From NCBI RefSeq assembly GCF_009914755.1, contig NC_060933.1: a stretch of DNA of 64,000 nt, one strand, 5' to 3'. This document shows positions 1 through 18,393 of this stretch, in pieces. Below the pieces are notes generated by a model that worked only from the letters and a program-made list of their open reading frames with translations, had not been told where the DNA came from and did not search any database. The position numbers and the translations under genes are program-made. The first letter of the stretch is position 1; the number at the start of each line of letters is the position of its first letter. The stretch comes from the human T2T-CHM13v2.0 reference genome, Homo sapiens.

Positions 1-75
1 TAAGAATGTAATTTCTCAACCTGACTTAATGTATCTGCAAACATGACAGCATAAAGAATAAAATATTAAAAATAG

Positions 76-440
<365 letters not shown>

Positions 441-835
441 AAGAAGCATTTGTTTTTAAAATGTGTTTAGAAGAATCAACGAGTGGAGAAAACAGTCTGC
501 AAATAGACTTCTTCCTGTGTTATGCATACTGTGACGGTGTGTCACGGAAGTGCGTTACACTCATAGAGAAACATCAACTTTTAATAAATGGTGCTGGACA
601 ATTGCCTATCCTGCAGAAAAATAGGTACGTTTTATTTTCCTACCTCATATCACACACTAAAATAATATATTCTAGATTAAATACCTAAATGTGAAAAGCA
701 AACTTTAAATTTTTTGTAAGAAAATATTGTCTGGTATTTATGAGACATCTGGATGTGGAAAGAATTGTTGAATAAGACACAAGTCATCATGTAAAATCTG
801 GTTAACTCCATTATGTTAAATGTAAAAGATTTCGT

Positions 836-1228
<393 letters not shown>

Positions 1229-1474
1229 TCATGTGGGACAATAAGAAAATGACAAACTACTCAGCAGAAATGGCCAGAAAACATGAAGACTCAATTGATG
1301 GGAAAACACCCAAATGACCAGAAACTGTGAAAAGGTGTTTGACCTCTCCAGTAATCAGGAAAAAAAAAATGAACACCAAATTAAAAATGTCCATTTAAAA
1401 ATCTAAATGAGGTGCCATTTCATACATATCCAGTCAGCAAAAGTAGCAGAACAAAAGGACAATACCAGTCACAA

Positions 1475-1993
1475 CAGTTAATATTAGCCGTCAGCTTGAC
1501 TGGATTAAGAATATCTAGAAGCCTAGTGGCACATTGTTTTTGGGTGTGTCTGTGTGTCTGTGAGGGTGTTTCCAGAGGAGGTTAGAGTGTGTCTCTGTGT
1601 GGACTAGGTGGGCAAACTCTGCCTTCAGTGTGGAAGGTACACCGTGCAATCTGCCGGGGCCTCAGAAAGAAGAAAAACAGAGAAAGGGGTCATGTGTCCA
1701 CCTAGCTGCTGGCATCGGGACACACTCCTCCTCTCCTGTCCTTGGACAACAACTCCAGGATCCCCAGCCTTTGGACTCCAGGACTTAACAGTAATGGCCC
1801 CCTGGGTTCCGAGGCTTTTGGCCTCGGATTGAGAGTTACACCCCCGGCTTCCCTCATTCTTAGGCCTCGGGACTTGGGCTGAGCCACGCTACCAGGATCC
1901 CAGGGTCTTGACCTTGCAGACAGCCTGTGGTGGGACTTCTTAGCCTCCATAATCACGTGAGCCAATTTCCTGAATAAACCCCCCTCTCATCTG

Positions 1994-2050
<57 letters not shown>

Positions 2051-2092
2051 ATTCCGTTGGTTCTGTCTCTCTGGAGAGCCTTGACTAATACA
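1475..2092 (+). mobile_element. MLT2 (ERVL) LTR
   Basis: gttaatatt..gtcagcttgactggattaag start; ggttctgtctctctggagagccttgactaataca end. Confidence 0.8.
1990..2052. repeat. (ATCT)n tetranucleotide STR inside MLT2
   Basis: About 14 ATCT units. Confidence 0.95.
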
Positions 2093-2149
2093 CCAGTGTT
2101 ACAGAATTTATTTCACTTGATGCTGAAATAGTACAGTAAAGAACTTCTG

Positions 2150-2470
<321 letters not shown>

Positions 2471-3187
2471 TCTATAAAGCACAACTTGTGGTTACCACCG
2501 TGGAACCACAGATCTCAAAGAAGACCCATGCCCAAGACTGATGTCCCTCTGCATTTTGTCCTTAAGTTTCACCGGGGACGGTAACTGCAAAAGAACATCT
2601 TGGGGGAAAAGATAGCCTAGGGGAACAGAAGCAGGCTCTAGGAGACTGTATTGGAAAGAAAGAATGGATGAAATAGGACGTGGTCAGCTCCAAGGAGGAA
2701 GCTTCCCTGTCTTGCTCCCCTCCTCTTGTTCCCCACCACCTGCTTCTGTTTGCCTTCATGCCCTCCTACTCTCCACCTACCCCCATCAGTGACCATAGAT
2801 GTTTCAAACAAGTCTAGTCACGCATTACTTAGCAATGGAAACACATTCTGAGAAATGTGTTGTTAGGTGATTTTGTCATGGTGTGAACATCATAAAGACT
2901 TAGCTGGTACAGTCTGCTGCACACTTAGGCTGTATGGCGTGGCCTATTACTCCCAGTCTACAAACCTGCACAGCATGTGACTGTCCTGAATGCTGTAGGC
3001 AATTGGAACACAATGGCAAGTACTTGTGTATCTAAACCTGTCTAAACATAGAAAAGGTACAGTAAAAATACAGTGTAAAAGATGAAAAACTGTACAGCTG
3101 TATAGGGAACTTAGAATGAACGGAGCTTGCAGGACTGGAAGTTGCTCTGGGTGAGTCAGTGAGCAAATGTGAAGGTGTAGGACATTA

Positions 3188-3570
<383 letters not shown>

Positions 3571-4031
3571 TAATTAATGAAACTTCGCTTACTGTCACTT
3601 ATTTACCTTATATGCTTTAATTTTTTAAACTTTTTGACTCTTTTGTAATAACACAGCTTAAAACAAAACACATGGTACACCTGCACAAAAACATTTTGTT
3701 TATATCCTTTTTCTATAAGCTTTTGTCTATTTATAAATTTTTTTTTTTTTTTTTTTTTACTTTTTAAACTTTTTGTTAAAAGCTAAGACACACACACACT
3801 AGCGTAGGCCTTCACAGGGTCAGGATCATCAATATCACTGTCTTCAACCTCCACATCTTGTCCCTCTGGAAGATCTTCAGGGGCAGTAACACTCTTGGAA
3901 CTGCCATCATCTGTGATGACAATGCCTTCTGAAATGCCTCCTGAAGCACCTGCCTGAAGCTGTTCTATAGTTAACATTTTTTTTAAGATGTAGAAGGAGT
4001 ACAATCTAAAATAACAATAAAAATCAGAGTA

Positions 4032-4386
<355 letters not shown>

Positions 4387-5711
4387 TTATGTATTGTACA
4401 TAATTGTGTATGCTAGACTTTTACACAACTGCCAGGCAACACCTTTCTTTACAGCATCACCACAAACGCGTAACATTTTGCGCTCAGACATTACGATGAC
4501 CACGACGTCACTAGGAAATAGGAATTTTTCAGCTCCATTACAATCTTATGGGACCACTGTAGTACAGCGCTCCACCATTGGCTCCAACATCATTATGTAC
4601 GCAGCACGTGACTGTAATAAACATAGGCAAAAATGCTCATGCCCACTAGAAACCCTGGAAATGGAAATGCACAAAAAGATAACTGGGTGGGTTTCACAGG
4701 AGAGCACAGAGTGCACCTTTTCACTATTAGAAAAATTGGTTTGTTTAAATGAGACTTATTGAGGGATAATTTGCATATCACACAATTCACTCCTTGCAGG
4801 TGTACAGTTGGATGAGTCTTCAGGAAATGCGTCCGATCATGTAGCTACCACCACAGTATGCAGAGATCTAGAAACATTTCTATCACCTCAGAAAGTTCCT
4901 TCGTGTCCACCCCTACCCACAAAGCCAAGCCCTCCCGCAACCCAGCCCTCAGCAACCTCTCATCTGTTCTGGGACCTTACAGTTCCACCTCTTCCAGAAT
5001 GGCATAAATGGAATCACGTGGTGTATGTGTGAGTACGCACATATGAGTGGACATGTTTACTGCAGCAAATGTGCACTCATGTATGTGTGCAAGAGTGTTT
5101 GTGCGTGTGAGCATGTTCCACAACACGCTTCAGTCCTGTGGGCTGGTTTGGGCCTCTTGAGTCACTGGGCACGTGCCCATCAATCTCCCCAAGGCCGAGA
5201 TCAGACCTGAGTCCAGGCCAGGCCTGCACGGGGTGGAAAATGCCTCCTGGAGGCCCCAACCAGCCAGGCCCACCTCCAGCCCCATGAAGTCTCGCTCTTC
5301 TCTGAGCTCTTTCCAGGTTTTCACACTCTCTGCAAGGGCCAAGGACCTGGTTAGGAAGGTGGCCGCAGTGGAAAGAGAAGGAATTGCTTGGGAATTCTGC
5401 CAACAAAACCATTCAGAGTGGTTTTGTCAGAGACAAATTTGAGTCACTGGGGCTAGAGGTGGGGAGGTGAGGAGGAGGCAGACATGGGGATATTAATGGG
5501 GCACCCTCTCAGCCCTGCAGCATCATCCCTGACACCACCATCCCCTTGCCATTACTACATGGCATCCATATTTTAATCTGAATTTTGAATCATTACTTCA
5601 TTATTATGTTATTTTTTAATTACAAAATATGTCAAATATACTGAAAAGTACAATAAATATCATCATAGGTACTCATCACCAGATTTAACAAATCTTAATA
5701 ATTTGTTGTTA

Positions 5712-6010
5712 CTTTTTATTTTTTGAGACGGACGGAGTCTTGCTCTGTCACCCAGGCTGGAGTACACTGTCACAGTCTCAGCTCACTGTAACCTCTGCCT
5801 CCTAGGTTCAAGTGATTCTCCTGCCTCAGCCTCCTGAGTAGCTGGGATTATGGGCACCAGCCACTACGTCCAGCTGATTTTTGTATTTTTAGTAGAGATG
5901 GGTTTTCGCCATGTTGGCCAGGCTGGTCTCAAACTCCTGACCTCAGGTGATCTGCCGGCCTCAGCCTCCCAAAGTGCTGGGATTACAGGCATGAGCCACC
6001 ATGGCCAGCC
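5712..6010 (-). mobile_element. Alu
   Basis: Alu consensus. Confidence 0.95.
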
Positions 6011-6278
6011 TATTTTATTTCTTATAAAGAAAAATATATATGTAGATATAAAGTTCCTTCTCCAGCTGCCCCACCCCTGACATTTCCTTCCTCAGCCTCT
6101 AAGAGCAACCATCCCGACAAAGTTGGTGGGGGTCAGTCATGGGCATGTATTTCACTTTCACTGTATATGTAGGTTTCCATGACACGTTGGGATTTTAACA
6201 TCTGTATAAATGGTATTATATTGCATGTGTCCTCTATAAATTGCTTAAATTTTTAAATGATTAACTAATTAATTTAGA

Positions 6279-6547
6279 CTTTGTTACTGATTTATATACT
6301 TACTCTACTCTGATTTTTATTGTTATTTTAGATTGTACTCCTTCTACATCTTAAAAAAAATGTTAACTGTAAAACAGCTTCAGGCAGGTGCTTCAGGAGG
6401 CATTCCAGAAGGCACTGTCATCACAGGAGATGATGGCAGTTCCAAGCGTATTATTGCCCCTGAAGATCTTCCAGAGGGACAAGATGTGGAGGTTGAAGAC
6501 AGTGATATTGATGATCCCGACCCTGTGGAGGCCTAGGCTAATGTTTG
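6279..6547 (+). repeat. Inverted duplicate of internal Tigger3b segment (3797-4031 + 4337-4363)
   Basis: Reverse-complement match; the ORF track gives near-identical peptides for 3783..4004(-) and 6333..6536(+). Confidence 0.9.
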
Positions 6548-6817
6548 CCAACATTACAGTTTTGAGATTCATTCATTTTAATATTTTGAGATCTAGTTCA
6601 TTCATTTTAATGGCTGTAGTATGTAGCAATTTCCATAGAATGAATAAACCATAAATTATCCATCCATCCATTCTCCTAAAGTTAGACATTGAAATTCTGT
6701 TTTTTTTTGTTAGTCATTCATTCATCATCGCTGAGCTCCTATTAGGTACTGGGCAATGTTCTAGGGATTATGTCAGTGGGGAAAAAAAATTAGATAGAAA
6801 CCTCTCCCCTTGTGTAG

Positions 6818-7560
6818 TGTAGAAATAAACCAAGGACAACCAAGTGAGAGCAGGCAAAGGCTGTTTATACAGAGCTTGCTCTAGCAAGGATGTTAACACC
6901 ATCACTGGCATTTGGCAGAGATCAAAGGCAGGCAGAGGCCCAGGACAGCTTCACAGTGGAGGAACGGGAAGGTTACAGTGGGCCCTGGTGGAGGCTGTGG
7001 GCCTCGGGAAGCTGGAGGTGGCTAACTAGAAGCAGGGATCCAATGACATTGGTTAGGGGGACACATTTGGCTTTCTCTGCTTGGTCCTAAGTTGGAAATG
7101 GGGACAAAAATTAGAGAAGCTGTCAGTTATTAATCATGTCCTGGCCATTTGGGCCTGATTATTACAGAGGTAATTGTTTAGCTTCCTGGATTGTCGCCAG
7201 AAAGGGCAGTGTGACTTCCTACCAGGCTGACTGACAGCAGGGCTGCCTTCCTGGGTTGTTTACTGTGGGTAAGAGTTTGGTTTTCTGGACAGGTTGCTGC
7301 AGGCTGTGAGTCAGAGTGCTATTTTTAGTTTTTAAAAATTAATTAATTAATTTAGACTCAGGGTCTTGCTGTGTTGCCCAGGCTGGAGTGCAGTGGCGCT
7401 TCACAGTCATGGTCATAGCTCACTACTGCCTCAAACTCCTGGGTTCAAGTTATCCTCCCTGCCTCAGCCTCCTGAGTAGCTGGGTGCACACCACCACACC
7501 CAGCTCAGAATTTTATTTTCATACATGGTCTGACCATAATCCATTTGTATATTTATAGTT
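6818..7560 (-). mobile_element. ERV LTR fragment (family not certain), interrupted by an Alu monomer
   Basis: LTR-like 3' end on minus strand (...TATAAACAGCC...TTTATTTCTACA). Confidence 0.45.
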
Positions 7561-7583
7561 TATGTTCTACTTTGGGTGGGGGA

Positions 7584-7941
7584 TGATACGGTTTGGATCT
7601 GTGTCCCCACCCAAATCTCACCTTGAATTGTAATCCCCACATGTCGTGGGAGGGAACTGGTGGGAGGTGATTGGATCATGGGGGCAGTTTCCCCCATGCT
7701 TTTCTCATGATAGTGAGTTCTCACGAGATCTAATGGTTGAAAAGTGGCAATTTTCCCCACATGCTCTCTCTCCTGCCACCATGTAAGATGTGTTTTGCTT
7801 CCTCTCCACCTTCCATCATGACTGTAAGTTTCCTGAAGCCTCCCAAGCCATGGAGAGTTGTGAGTCAATTAAACCTTTTTTCTGTATAAATTACCCAGAC
7901 TCAGGCAGTTCTTCATAGCAGTGTGAAAATGGACTAATACA
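7584..7941 (+). mobile_element. MaLR LTR (MSTA/MSTB-like)
   Basis: tgatacggtttggatctgtgtccccacccaaatctca...gaaaatggactaataca. Confidence 0.85.
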
Positions 7942-8668
7942 GAGGTTGAGGAGGACACACATAATAAACATAAGTGAATACATTTCTAGTGTGTTGGAAG
8001 CTGCTAAGTCTTACAGGCAAAAAAAAAAAAAAAAAACCCAGCAGAAAAAGAGGGGTCTGGATGGTGTGGGTATATGCAGAGGGAAACAGGCTCCCATTTC
8101 AGTGGGGATAGGGGTCAAGGCAGACACCACTGAGAAGGCATCTTTGAGCAAAGGCTTCAAGGAGATAAAGAATCAGCTCAATGTACATGTGAGGAAGAGC
8201 CCCAGGCAGAGGCCAACATCAACGCTGCTGTTCAAACTTCTCTATGCCTGTTTCCTTGTCCACGGGTGGAAAATTTTCTCAGTGTTATACCGAAAAAGGG
8301 AATTGTAGAACATGGAGTATGCAATTCTTAAACTTGTTGATGCTGTCCAATTGCTCTCCAAAGAGGTTGTACCAATGTACCGCTCCACGTTCTGGAAATG
8401 AAAGTCTCCATTTCCTCACAGGCCCCCCAGAGTTGGGGTTTGTCGGACACAGACACTTTGCCTGTGGCAACACCACTTCTCAGAGTCCTGTGGGAAGTCT
8501 TATGCTTCAGTTCTTAAGAACCTTCAAAGACAACAATTTGGACTGAAAGAAAACAGTAATATCCATATAACTAAGGTAGCAACCCAAAGTGAAAACCTAA
8601 AACATAACATTCTGCTCTTAAAGTCTTCTTCCTGTCAGGGTCATCATGGGGTATGAGTTAAGAAATAG

Positions 8669-9005
8669 GGCCAGGCACAGTGGCTCACACCTGTAATCCC
8701 AGCACTTTGGGAGGCCGAGGTGGATGGATCACCTCAGGTCAGGAGTTGGAGACCAGCCTAGCCAACATGCTGAAACCCCTTCTCTACTAAAAATACAAAA
8801 ATTAGCTGGGCATGGTGGCGCACACCTGTAATCCCAGCTACTCAGAGGCTGAAGCAGGGGAATCACTTGAACCCGGGAGATGGAAGTTGCAGTGAGCCAA
8901 GATCGCACCACTGCACACCTGCCTGGGCAACAGAGTGAGACTCAATCTCAAAAAAAAAAAAAAAAAGAAGAAAAAGAAAAAAGAAAAAGAAAGAAAGAAA
9001 AAGAA
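8669..9005 (+). mobile_element. Alu, TSD aagaaatagg
   Basis: Alu consensus. Confidence 0.95.
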
Positions 9006-9019
9006 ATAGGTTTCGTTGT

Positions 9020-9270
9020 GGGAGTCCACAAATGAAGGATCAGAAAGAGATGAGGTGAGAAGCTGGTTTCTCATCCTCGCACTGCCTTGTGGAAAGGCAC
9101 TGCCCAAGGAGGCCACTCTGTGAGACATGGGATGGGTTGCTGTCCTGGGGAGGAAACTTGCTCCCTGAACCTTCAAACTTCCAGCCTTTAGAACTGAGAG
9201 AATAGACGTCCATTGGTTAAGCCACCCAGTCTGTGGCATTTTGTTACAACAGCCTGAACAAACCGACACT
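9020..9270 (+). mobile_element. MLT1 LTR 3' fragment
   Basis: ttccagcctttagaactgagagaata...ttaagccacccagtctgtggcattttgttacaacagcc. Confidence 0.7.
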
Positions 9271-10843
9271 TCGCTACAGGCTGATGAAATTCCTCAATTG
9301 GAGGAGTAAAGAGAAAAACCTTAGAAACATACAGACTGGAAAAATGGATTATTTAAAGAAAAAAGAGAGTAAGAGTGGCACAGATTTTCTTGTCTCCCCA
9401 TGAAGCAAAACTTTTTAAAGAAAATCCCATCCTCATTGTTTTTCTTTGCTCTCTTCCAATTTGCTCGTGACCCCTTGGCCTCTCCACCCAAACTGTCGAA
9501 ACCTGCGAGGCTGCCACTTGGCTATGTCCACACAGTGAAAGGTCAGGTGTCATCCACGGCGTGGGCACAGCCAATTACTGCCTCCTCCCCATGACACCTT
9601 TTCACTTAAGTAATGCTCTCAGTTCTCCTCCTATCTCCCTGGGCACGCCTCCTTACCTCCAGGGCCCTTAAACAATAGAGTGCTAATGACTCAGTTCTCA
9701 GGCCTCTTCTATTTTTAAATCTACACTCAGACCCTCAGTGGCATCTCTTCCAGTGTTGCGGCTGGAATACCATCCATATGCCAAAGGCTCCCAAGTGGGT
9801 ACTTCTAGCCCAAACTTCTACTATGAATTCCAAGCCGTGGAATTGACATTTCCAGTTAAATATCCAACAGGAAACTCTCTAAGCCTGGGTTCCCAGGAAT
9901 ACAGTGCGGGAGGCAATTGGAGAGTTGAGGGAACCAGGAGTGAGGCAGGGACGGAGGGAGAGCAAGCCTGAGGGAAGGAGTTACTGAGCTGCACCGTGTG
10001 GAACCATGCACATTCGGTTGGGACCATTGTCAGAGATGTGTGCACAGCAGTACCTCAGGAGAGTCTGTCTACAGGGGAGAATAAAGATTCAGTTCCAGTC
10101 TCTTGCAGGTCACACCAAGTGTTAGCACCCCTGCACATGGGGCTGCACCTGTGCATTCACTAGCAAGTCCGAGAGCCTTTCTACCTACAGCAACAGGGAG
10201 GCTCCTTGAATGGGCTCCTGGACCCTGGTCTGGCCACGAAATGACAGACTCTTAGCTGGACCTGGTTCTGCAGCTGGGCAGACCTCACCCAGAGAGTCCT
10301 CTGATCACAGCTGAGGAAGTGGTCCAGGGCCCTGGACACACCCAGAGAAAAGAATGGGTGCAGAAGGTGTAACAGAGACTCAAGCCTGAGGCTTTTGATC
10401 CTCCCTATCTCCGTCAACAGGAACCCGTCCTTGCTGAAACCAAACATCTCATCTGATTGTCTCAGTTATCTCATGTTGTCCCATAACCCACTCCAAAACA
10501 GTGGTTTGAAACAACCACACTCACCTATTTTGTTCATGAGTCTGAGTGCTCTGGGCCCAGGGTCTCTCATGCGGTTGAAGTCACATGGCAGTGCAGGCTG
10601 GGGTCCCGTGGCATAACTGCATAGATTAAAAAAAATTTTTCATTTGAATGCAAACACTGTCCACTCACCATCTGCACTTTTGTGATGGGCAAGTATTAGC
10701 ATCCACATTTAAGAACATTAGAAGGGTTCTTTGTATTTTTTTTAAAACCACTACTTTATTTTTTTTCAACTTTTAAGATCTGGGGTAAATGTGCAGGATG
10801 TGCAGGTTTGTTACACAAGCAAATATTGAGGTATACTTTAAAG

Positions 10844-11336
10844 CAGGGGTCCCCCACCCCCAGCCTGTTAGGAACTGGGTCACACAGCAGGAGGTGAGAG
10901 CCACTGAAGCTCCATCTGTATTTACAGTCACTCCCATTACCTGCATTACTTCCTGAGCTCCGCCTCCTGTCAGATCAGTAGCAGCATTAGATTCTCATAG
11001 GAGTGTGAACCCTATTGTGAACTGCGCACGTGAGAGATCTAGGTTGCACACTCTTTATGAGAATCTAATGCCTGATGATTTGTCACCGTCTTCCATCACC
11101 CCCAGATAGGACCATCTAGTTGCATGAAAACAAGCCCACGGCTCCCACTGATTCTACATTATGGTGAGTTGTGTAATGATTTCATTATATATTACAATGG
11201 AATAATAATAGAAAGAAAGTGCACAATAAATGCAATGTGCTTGAATCGTCGTGAAAAAAATCCCCCGTCCCTTGTCCATGGAAAAATTGTCTTCCACAAA
11301 ACTGGTCCCTGGTGCCAAAAAGGTTGAGGACCCCTG
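10844..11336 (+). mobile_element. MER1A (hAT-Charlie) DNA transposon with perfect 8-bp TSD CTTTAAAG
   Basis: Terminal inverted repeats caggggtcc.../...ggacccctg; TSD at 10836-10843 and 11337-11344. Confidence 0.9.
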
Positions 11337-11585
11337 CTTTAAAGTGTATATAATCTGTATCAATTTAAGGTTATCATTTAGTAAATTTTGACACGTATAT
11401 ACCTGTGTAGCCAACACCACATTCAAGCTACAGACACTTCCATTATGCCTAAAATTCCCACCTACGCTTGTACCCCTGGCTCCAGATACCCCCCAAAAAG
11501 CTGCCTAATCACTATAGACCAGTATTTCCTCTTCTAGAACTCCACATGGAATCATACCATATGCACTTTCTGTTTTTGAGACCCA

Positions 11586-12305
11586 TGTGATGTGATGTGT
11601 GTGTGTGGTGTGAGATGTGTGTGTGCGTTGTGTGTATGATGTGTGTGTGATGTGTGGTGTGTGTGTTATGTGTGTGTGTGGTGTGTGTGATGGGTGTGTG
11701 GTGTGTGTGTAGTGTGTGTGTGGTGTGTGATGTGTGTGTGGTGTGTATGTGTGGTGTGTGTGATGTGTGTGGTGTGTGTCTGTAGTGTGTGTGATGTGTG
11801 TGGTGTGTGATGTGTGTGATGTGTGTGTGTGGTGTGTGTGATGTATGTGTGTGGTGTGTGTGTGGTGTGTGTGTGATGTGCTTTGTGTGTGGTGTGTGTG
11901 TGGTGTGTGTGATGTGTTTGTGTGTGTGGTGTGTGTGTGATGTGTGTGTGGTGTGTGTGTGATGTGCTTTGTGTGTGGTGTGTGGTGTGTGTGATGTGTT
12001 TGTGTGTGTGTGGTGTGTGTGGTGTGTGTGTGATGTGTGTGTTGTGTGTGATGTGCTTTGTGTGTGGTGTGTGTCTGGTGTGTGTGATGTGCTTGTGTGT
12101 GTGGTGTGTGTGTGTGATGTGTGTGGTGTATGTGTGTGTGGTGTGTGTGTGATGTGTGTGGTGTGTGTGTGATGTGCTTGTGTGTGTGGTGTGTGTGTGA
12201 TGTGTGTGGTGTGTGTGTGGTGTGTGTGTGATGTGCTTATGTGTGTGGTGTGTGTGGTGTGTGTGTGATGTGCTTGTGTGTGTGGTGTGTGTGTGGTGTG
12301 TGTGT

Positions 12306-12338
<33 letters not shown>
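11586..12338. repeat. Compound (TG)n/GGTGT/GATGT microsatellite, about 750 bp, embedded in an old L1 3' end
   Basis: Direct reading; flanks are L1M-type 3'UTR (cattcacctgttgatggacatt). Confidence 0.95.
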
Positions 12339-12340
<2 letters not shown>

Positions 12341-13219
12341 CATTCCGACTGCTGAGGAGTATTCCATTCCATTGACTGGATATACATTCACCTGTTGATG
12401 GACATTTCGTTTGTTTCTCATGTTTGGACACTAGGAATGAGCCTGCTATGAACATTCATGTACAACTCTTTGTGTAGATGTTTTCATTTCTGTTGGGCAA
12501 ACACCTAGTAGTGGAACTTTCAGGTCATAAAATACTTTAAATTTTCTAAGAAACTGCCAAACAGTGATTGCAGCACCAGCAGGATGTGAATGTCCCATCT
12601 TTCATTTGCCTGCACAAAGTCCTGTCCTAACTGTCCTTTAAGGGGGTTGGTGTGATTCTCTCCCCTCCTTCTGAATTGGCTAGGACAGGACTGTCTCTAT
12701 GTCTGTGTCCCCAGGTCCCTCTGCCCACCAGCCCAGCCTCCAGCATCAAGAACCCTCAGCAATGTTCCTAAAATCCCACGATTCCTCCAGCCCAGCTCTG
12801 GTACCCAAGGTGCACAGCGAGTGCCTACTGACTTATTCAATTGCTTCAACTCCTTTTGGAAAATAGAACGTGCAGATATTAACTGATTCTTCAGCAAGGG
12901 AGGCTACTGCTGACCTCTTCCTTTATTACTTTCATTTTATACACTTCTCCGGTTTCCCTGCTCTGGCAATACTAACTTTTGAAGAATTTCTCCCCAAAGA
13001 TAACTTTTAAAAACTGAAGAAGTTAAACTTTAAAAACTAGATTTCAAAAACCTGAGCATTGAAAAAACAAATCTTTGTGCATGGGGGCAGAGGCATTTGT
13101 TCTTAGTGCCTAATGTTTATGATATTTGGGAGAATTTTGTCTAAGATTTTCAATAAGCTTCTAGTGAGCAATCTGATTCTTTCTTATATTCTTTTGCCTC
13201 TCTATTTATTGTGCTTTGA

Positions 13220-13558
<339 letters not shown>

Positions 13559-14609
13559 TCTAAAACTAACTTTCTAAAAGATCCTCCCACTCCAGAATGT
13601 TCTGCCTAATGGGATCTCTATTACTTGGGGCTATGAATATAAAATTACAAAGAATAATAATAAATTACATAATAAAACAAATGATGTGTAATATATGCCA
13701 TTTTAATAACATAAGCTTTCCATCTTGGCATTTAAAAAGCGATTTCACAGCGTTTTAAGAAGTAGAAAACAAGCTTCCCCACTTTGAGGGTAACAAAATT
13801 ATAAAATTCCATTTTTGGCTGGTGTGTGGTTTTACAGTTAAATTAACATTAAGTAATTGATGATAAAAGAATAAATGGGCCCACATCTCCATAAAGACAA
13901 AACCAGCTGGGTTCATCCGCCACGGTTACTCCGGGCTGAGGCTCATTATTGGGGACCCCCCCACTGTACAGATCCCTGCCAGCCCTTCAGGTCACAGGGA
14001 TCTTTCTGGGAGCCCCAGAGGACCTGCAGCCCAGGGCCCCTTTGGCCCAGCGGCATCACATCCATCGTGCCAGGACCTGTCCTGGAGGGCACTGTGGCTG
14101 GGGGCCCACAGGCAGCTCAAAGGTGCCGCAGCAGGAAGGGCTGGGGAAGGTGGGTGGGGAGGGGGAGCAACCTGCCGGAGGAGCCTCCTCTTCCCCCACA
14201 CCCTCCCTCAGGACTCACACCCACCTCACTCTACTGCAAGGAGGAGTCCCTATGCTCCCCAGAACCTCTGCACTGCACTCCACACTACAGGGCTGAGACC
14301 CTCCTAGCACCTCCAAGTGCAAAGGTCCAGTGGGATTGCAGACAGGGGGGCTGACTGTCACCCCAGGTGTGGCACCTCCAGTCTGCCACCTGGCACTCGT
14401 GTTCCCACACCCAGACACTGTCACGGCCCTGGTCTAAATGCCTGCTTTTTCCTAAAGGATGCTTTGGGTTGCTTGATTCCCCTGAGCCTGTTTCCCCAAG
14501 TGAAAAGTAGGAACAGTACCTCTTCCCTGTCAGGATTTTGGGGAGGTTGAGGTCGGATTATGTAATTCTAGAATGTCCTGTGTTTATCTCCACAAATTCA
14601 TCCCGTGTT

Positions 14610-14970
14610 TACTGCATAATTCCCGGCTCATAACTCCCCTAGCTCTTGCTGTAGTGTTAAAGCACTTTAGGCCTCAAAAGTAAGCCTCAGCAAACAGAAT
14701 CTCTCTCTCTCTCTGACCTCCTGCTCTCCTTTCGCCCGATTAGGACCCTACTCTTTCCCTGCCTTTCCGTAAAGAAATTACCTGCCCTACCTTGTCTGAC
14801 TGTGGCTCACACAGCCCCCATTTCAGAAGGGTCCTGCCCCCTACCCTGGGGGAAGGAGTGCCGCAGAGAGAGGCCAAGAAGAATCTGAACACACAGGCCT
14901 TGCCTGGGTTTCCCTCCCAGTCTGTCGTTATTAGATCATGGTCTTTTTTCCAATCACAGTTGTCAATCAT
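14610..14970 (+). mobile_element. MER21/MER4-group LTR fragment
   Basis: gagaggccaagaagaatctgaacacacaggccttg motif shared with 15178-16382. Confidence 0.6.
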
Positions 14971-15177
14971 GCCTCTTATTAAGCCGCTGAGTTTATGGTA
15001 ATCTGTCGGTAGTAATTTGTCAGTAGTTAGTCTTAGACCTTAGAAAAATCAGGAGTAAAGGCTACTTTGTACTACAAATTACACAACTTACATGAAAGCC
15101 ACAAATGACCAAAACTGACTCAAAAAGAGATAGTAAATTTGAATAACCTATAAAAGTAAAAAATGGAGTTAGCAATT

Positions 15178-16761
<1,584 letters not shown>

Positions 16762-17769
16762 TCAGAGGCTCCAATTTTCTTAGACCCCAGACTTGTGTTT
16801 AAGGCTCTGAGGGTTATTCCTCTAAGCATTACTTAATTGATTATTTCAGCAATAGAGGCCCAGAAAAGTTAAGAGTTTTCTCTAGGGTCATACACTGGGT
16901 CAAAAAGAGAAAGAACCAATATGATGTTAGCAAGAGCTGCACACACTCCTATTGTCAAGTTAGAGAATCTTAGAATCACTAAAAAGAAAAAAGAATCATT
17001 GAGAATCAATCACTACAGACTTACCTCAGCCAAAAAAGGGGGAGAAAAAAAAAACAGACTTGCCTGGGCATTGCTGTTTTAAAATTCCCTTCCTTCTTTG
17101 CTGTGGAAGTGCCAATAAACAAGGAGGGTGATGCCAGAGAGGGGTGGCAGATGAGCCAGTCCCAGGCAATGCATACCCGAAATAGAACGTTGTTGAATAA
17201 TTGCCCATGGACAGTGGGAGTTAAGTCTGATTTTCTCACTAGGGAAGAAATTAAATAAGTCGGCTATTTTTCTTATTTTTCACCAGCTTTATTGAGGTAT
17301 AATTGAATAACGAAAATTGTGCATATACAAGGTGTACAATGTGATGACTTGGCAAATGCATGCATTGTGAAATGATTACCACAAACAAGCTAATTAGCTC
17401 ACCCATCTCCTCACATAGTTGCCTTTTTGTGAGTGGCTAGAATCTTCAAGATCGATACTCTTAGCACATTTCAAGTGTACAACATAGTATTATTAACTAT
17501 AGTCACCATGCTGTAACTTAGATCTCCAGAACTTACTCATTTTATAACAGTAAGTGTGTACTCTTTGACCAACATCTCCCCATTCCATCACACCTGTCAC
17601 ACCCCATCCCTGTTCAACATAGCACCACCTAGTCTCTACTTCTATGAGTTCAACTTTTTAAGATTCCACATATAAGTGAGATCCTGTGTTATTTCTCTTT
17701 CTGCATCTGGCTTATTTCACTTATCATGTCCTATAGATTCATCTATGTTGTCATAAATGGCAGTACCTC

Positions 17770-18393
<624 letters not shown>

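Noticed and set aside
11666-12455. 251-aa His/Thr ORF and overlapping Val/Cys ORFs
   Set aside because: Same microsatellite artefact.
13875-14550. GC-rich stretch with overlapping 115-159 aa ORFs
   Set aside because: No domain similarity or exon structure; openness explained by GC content.
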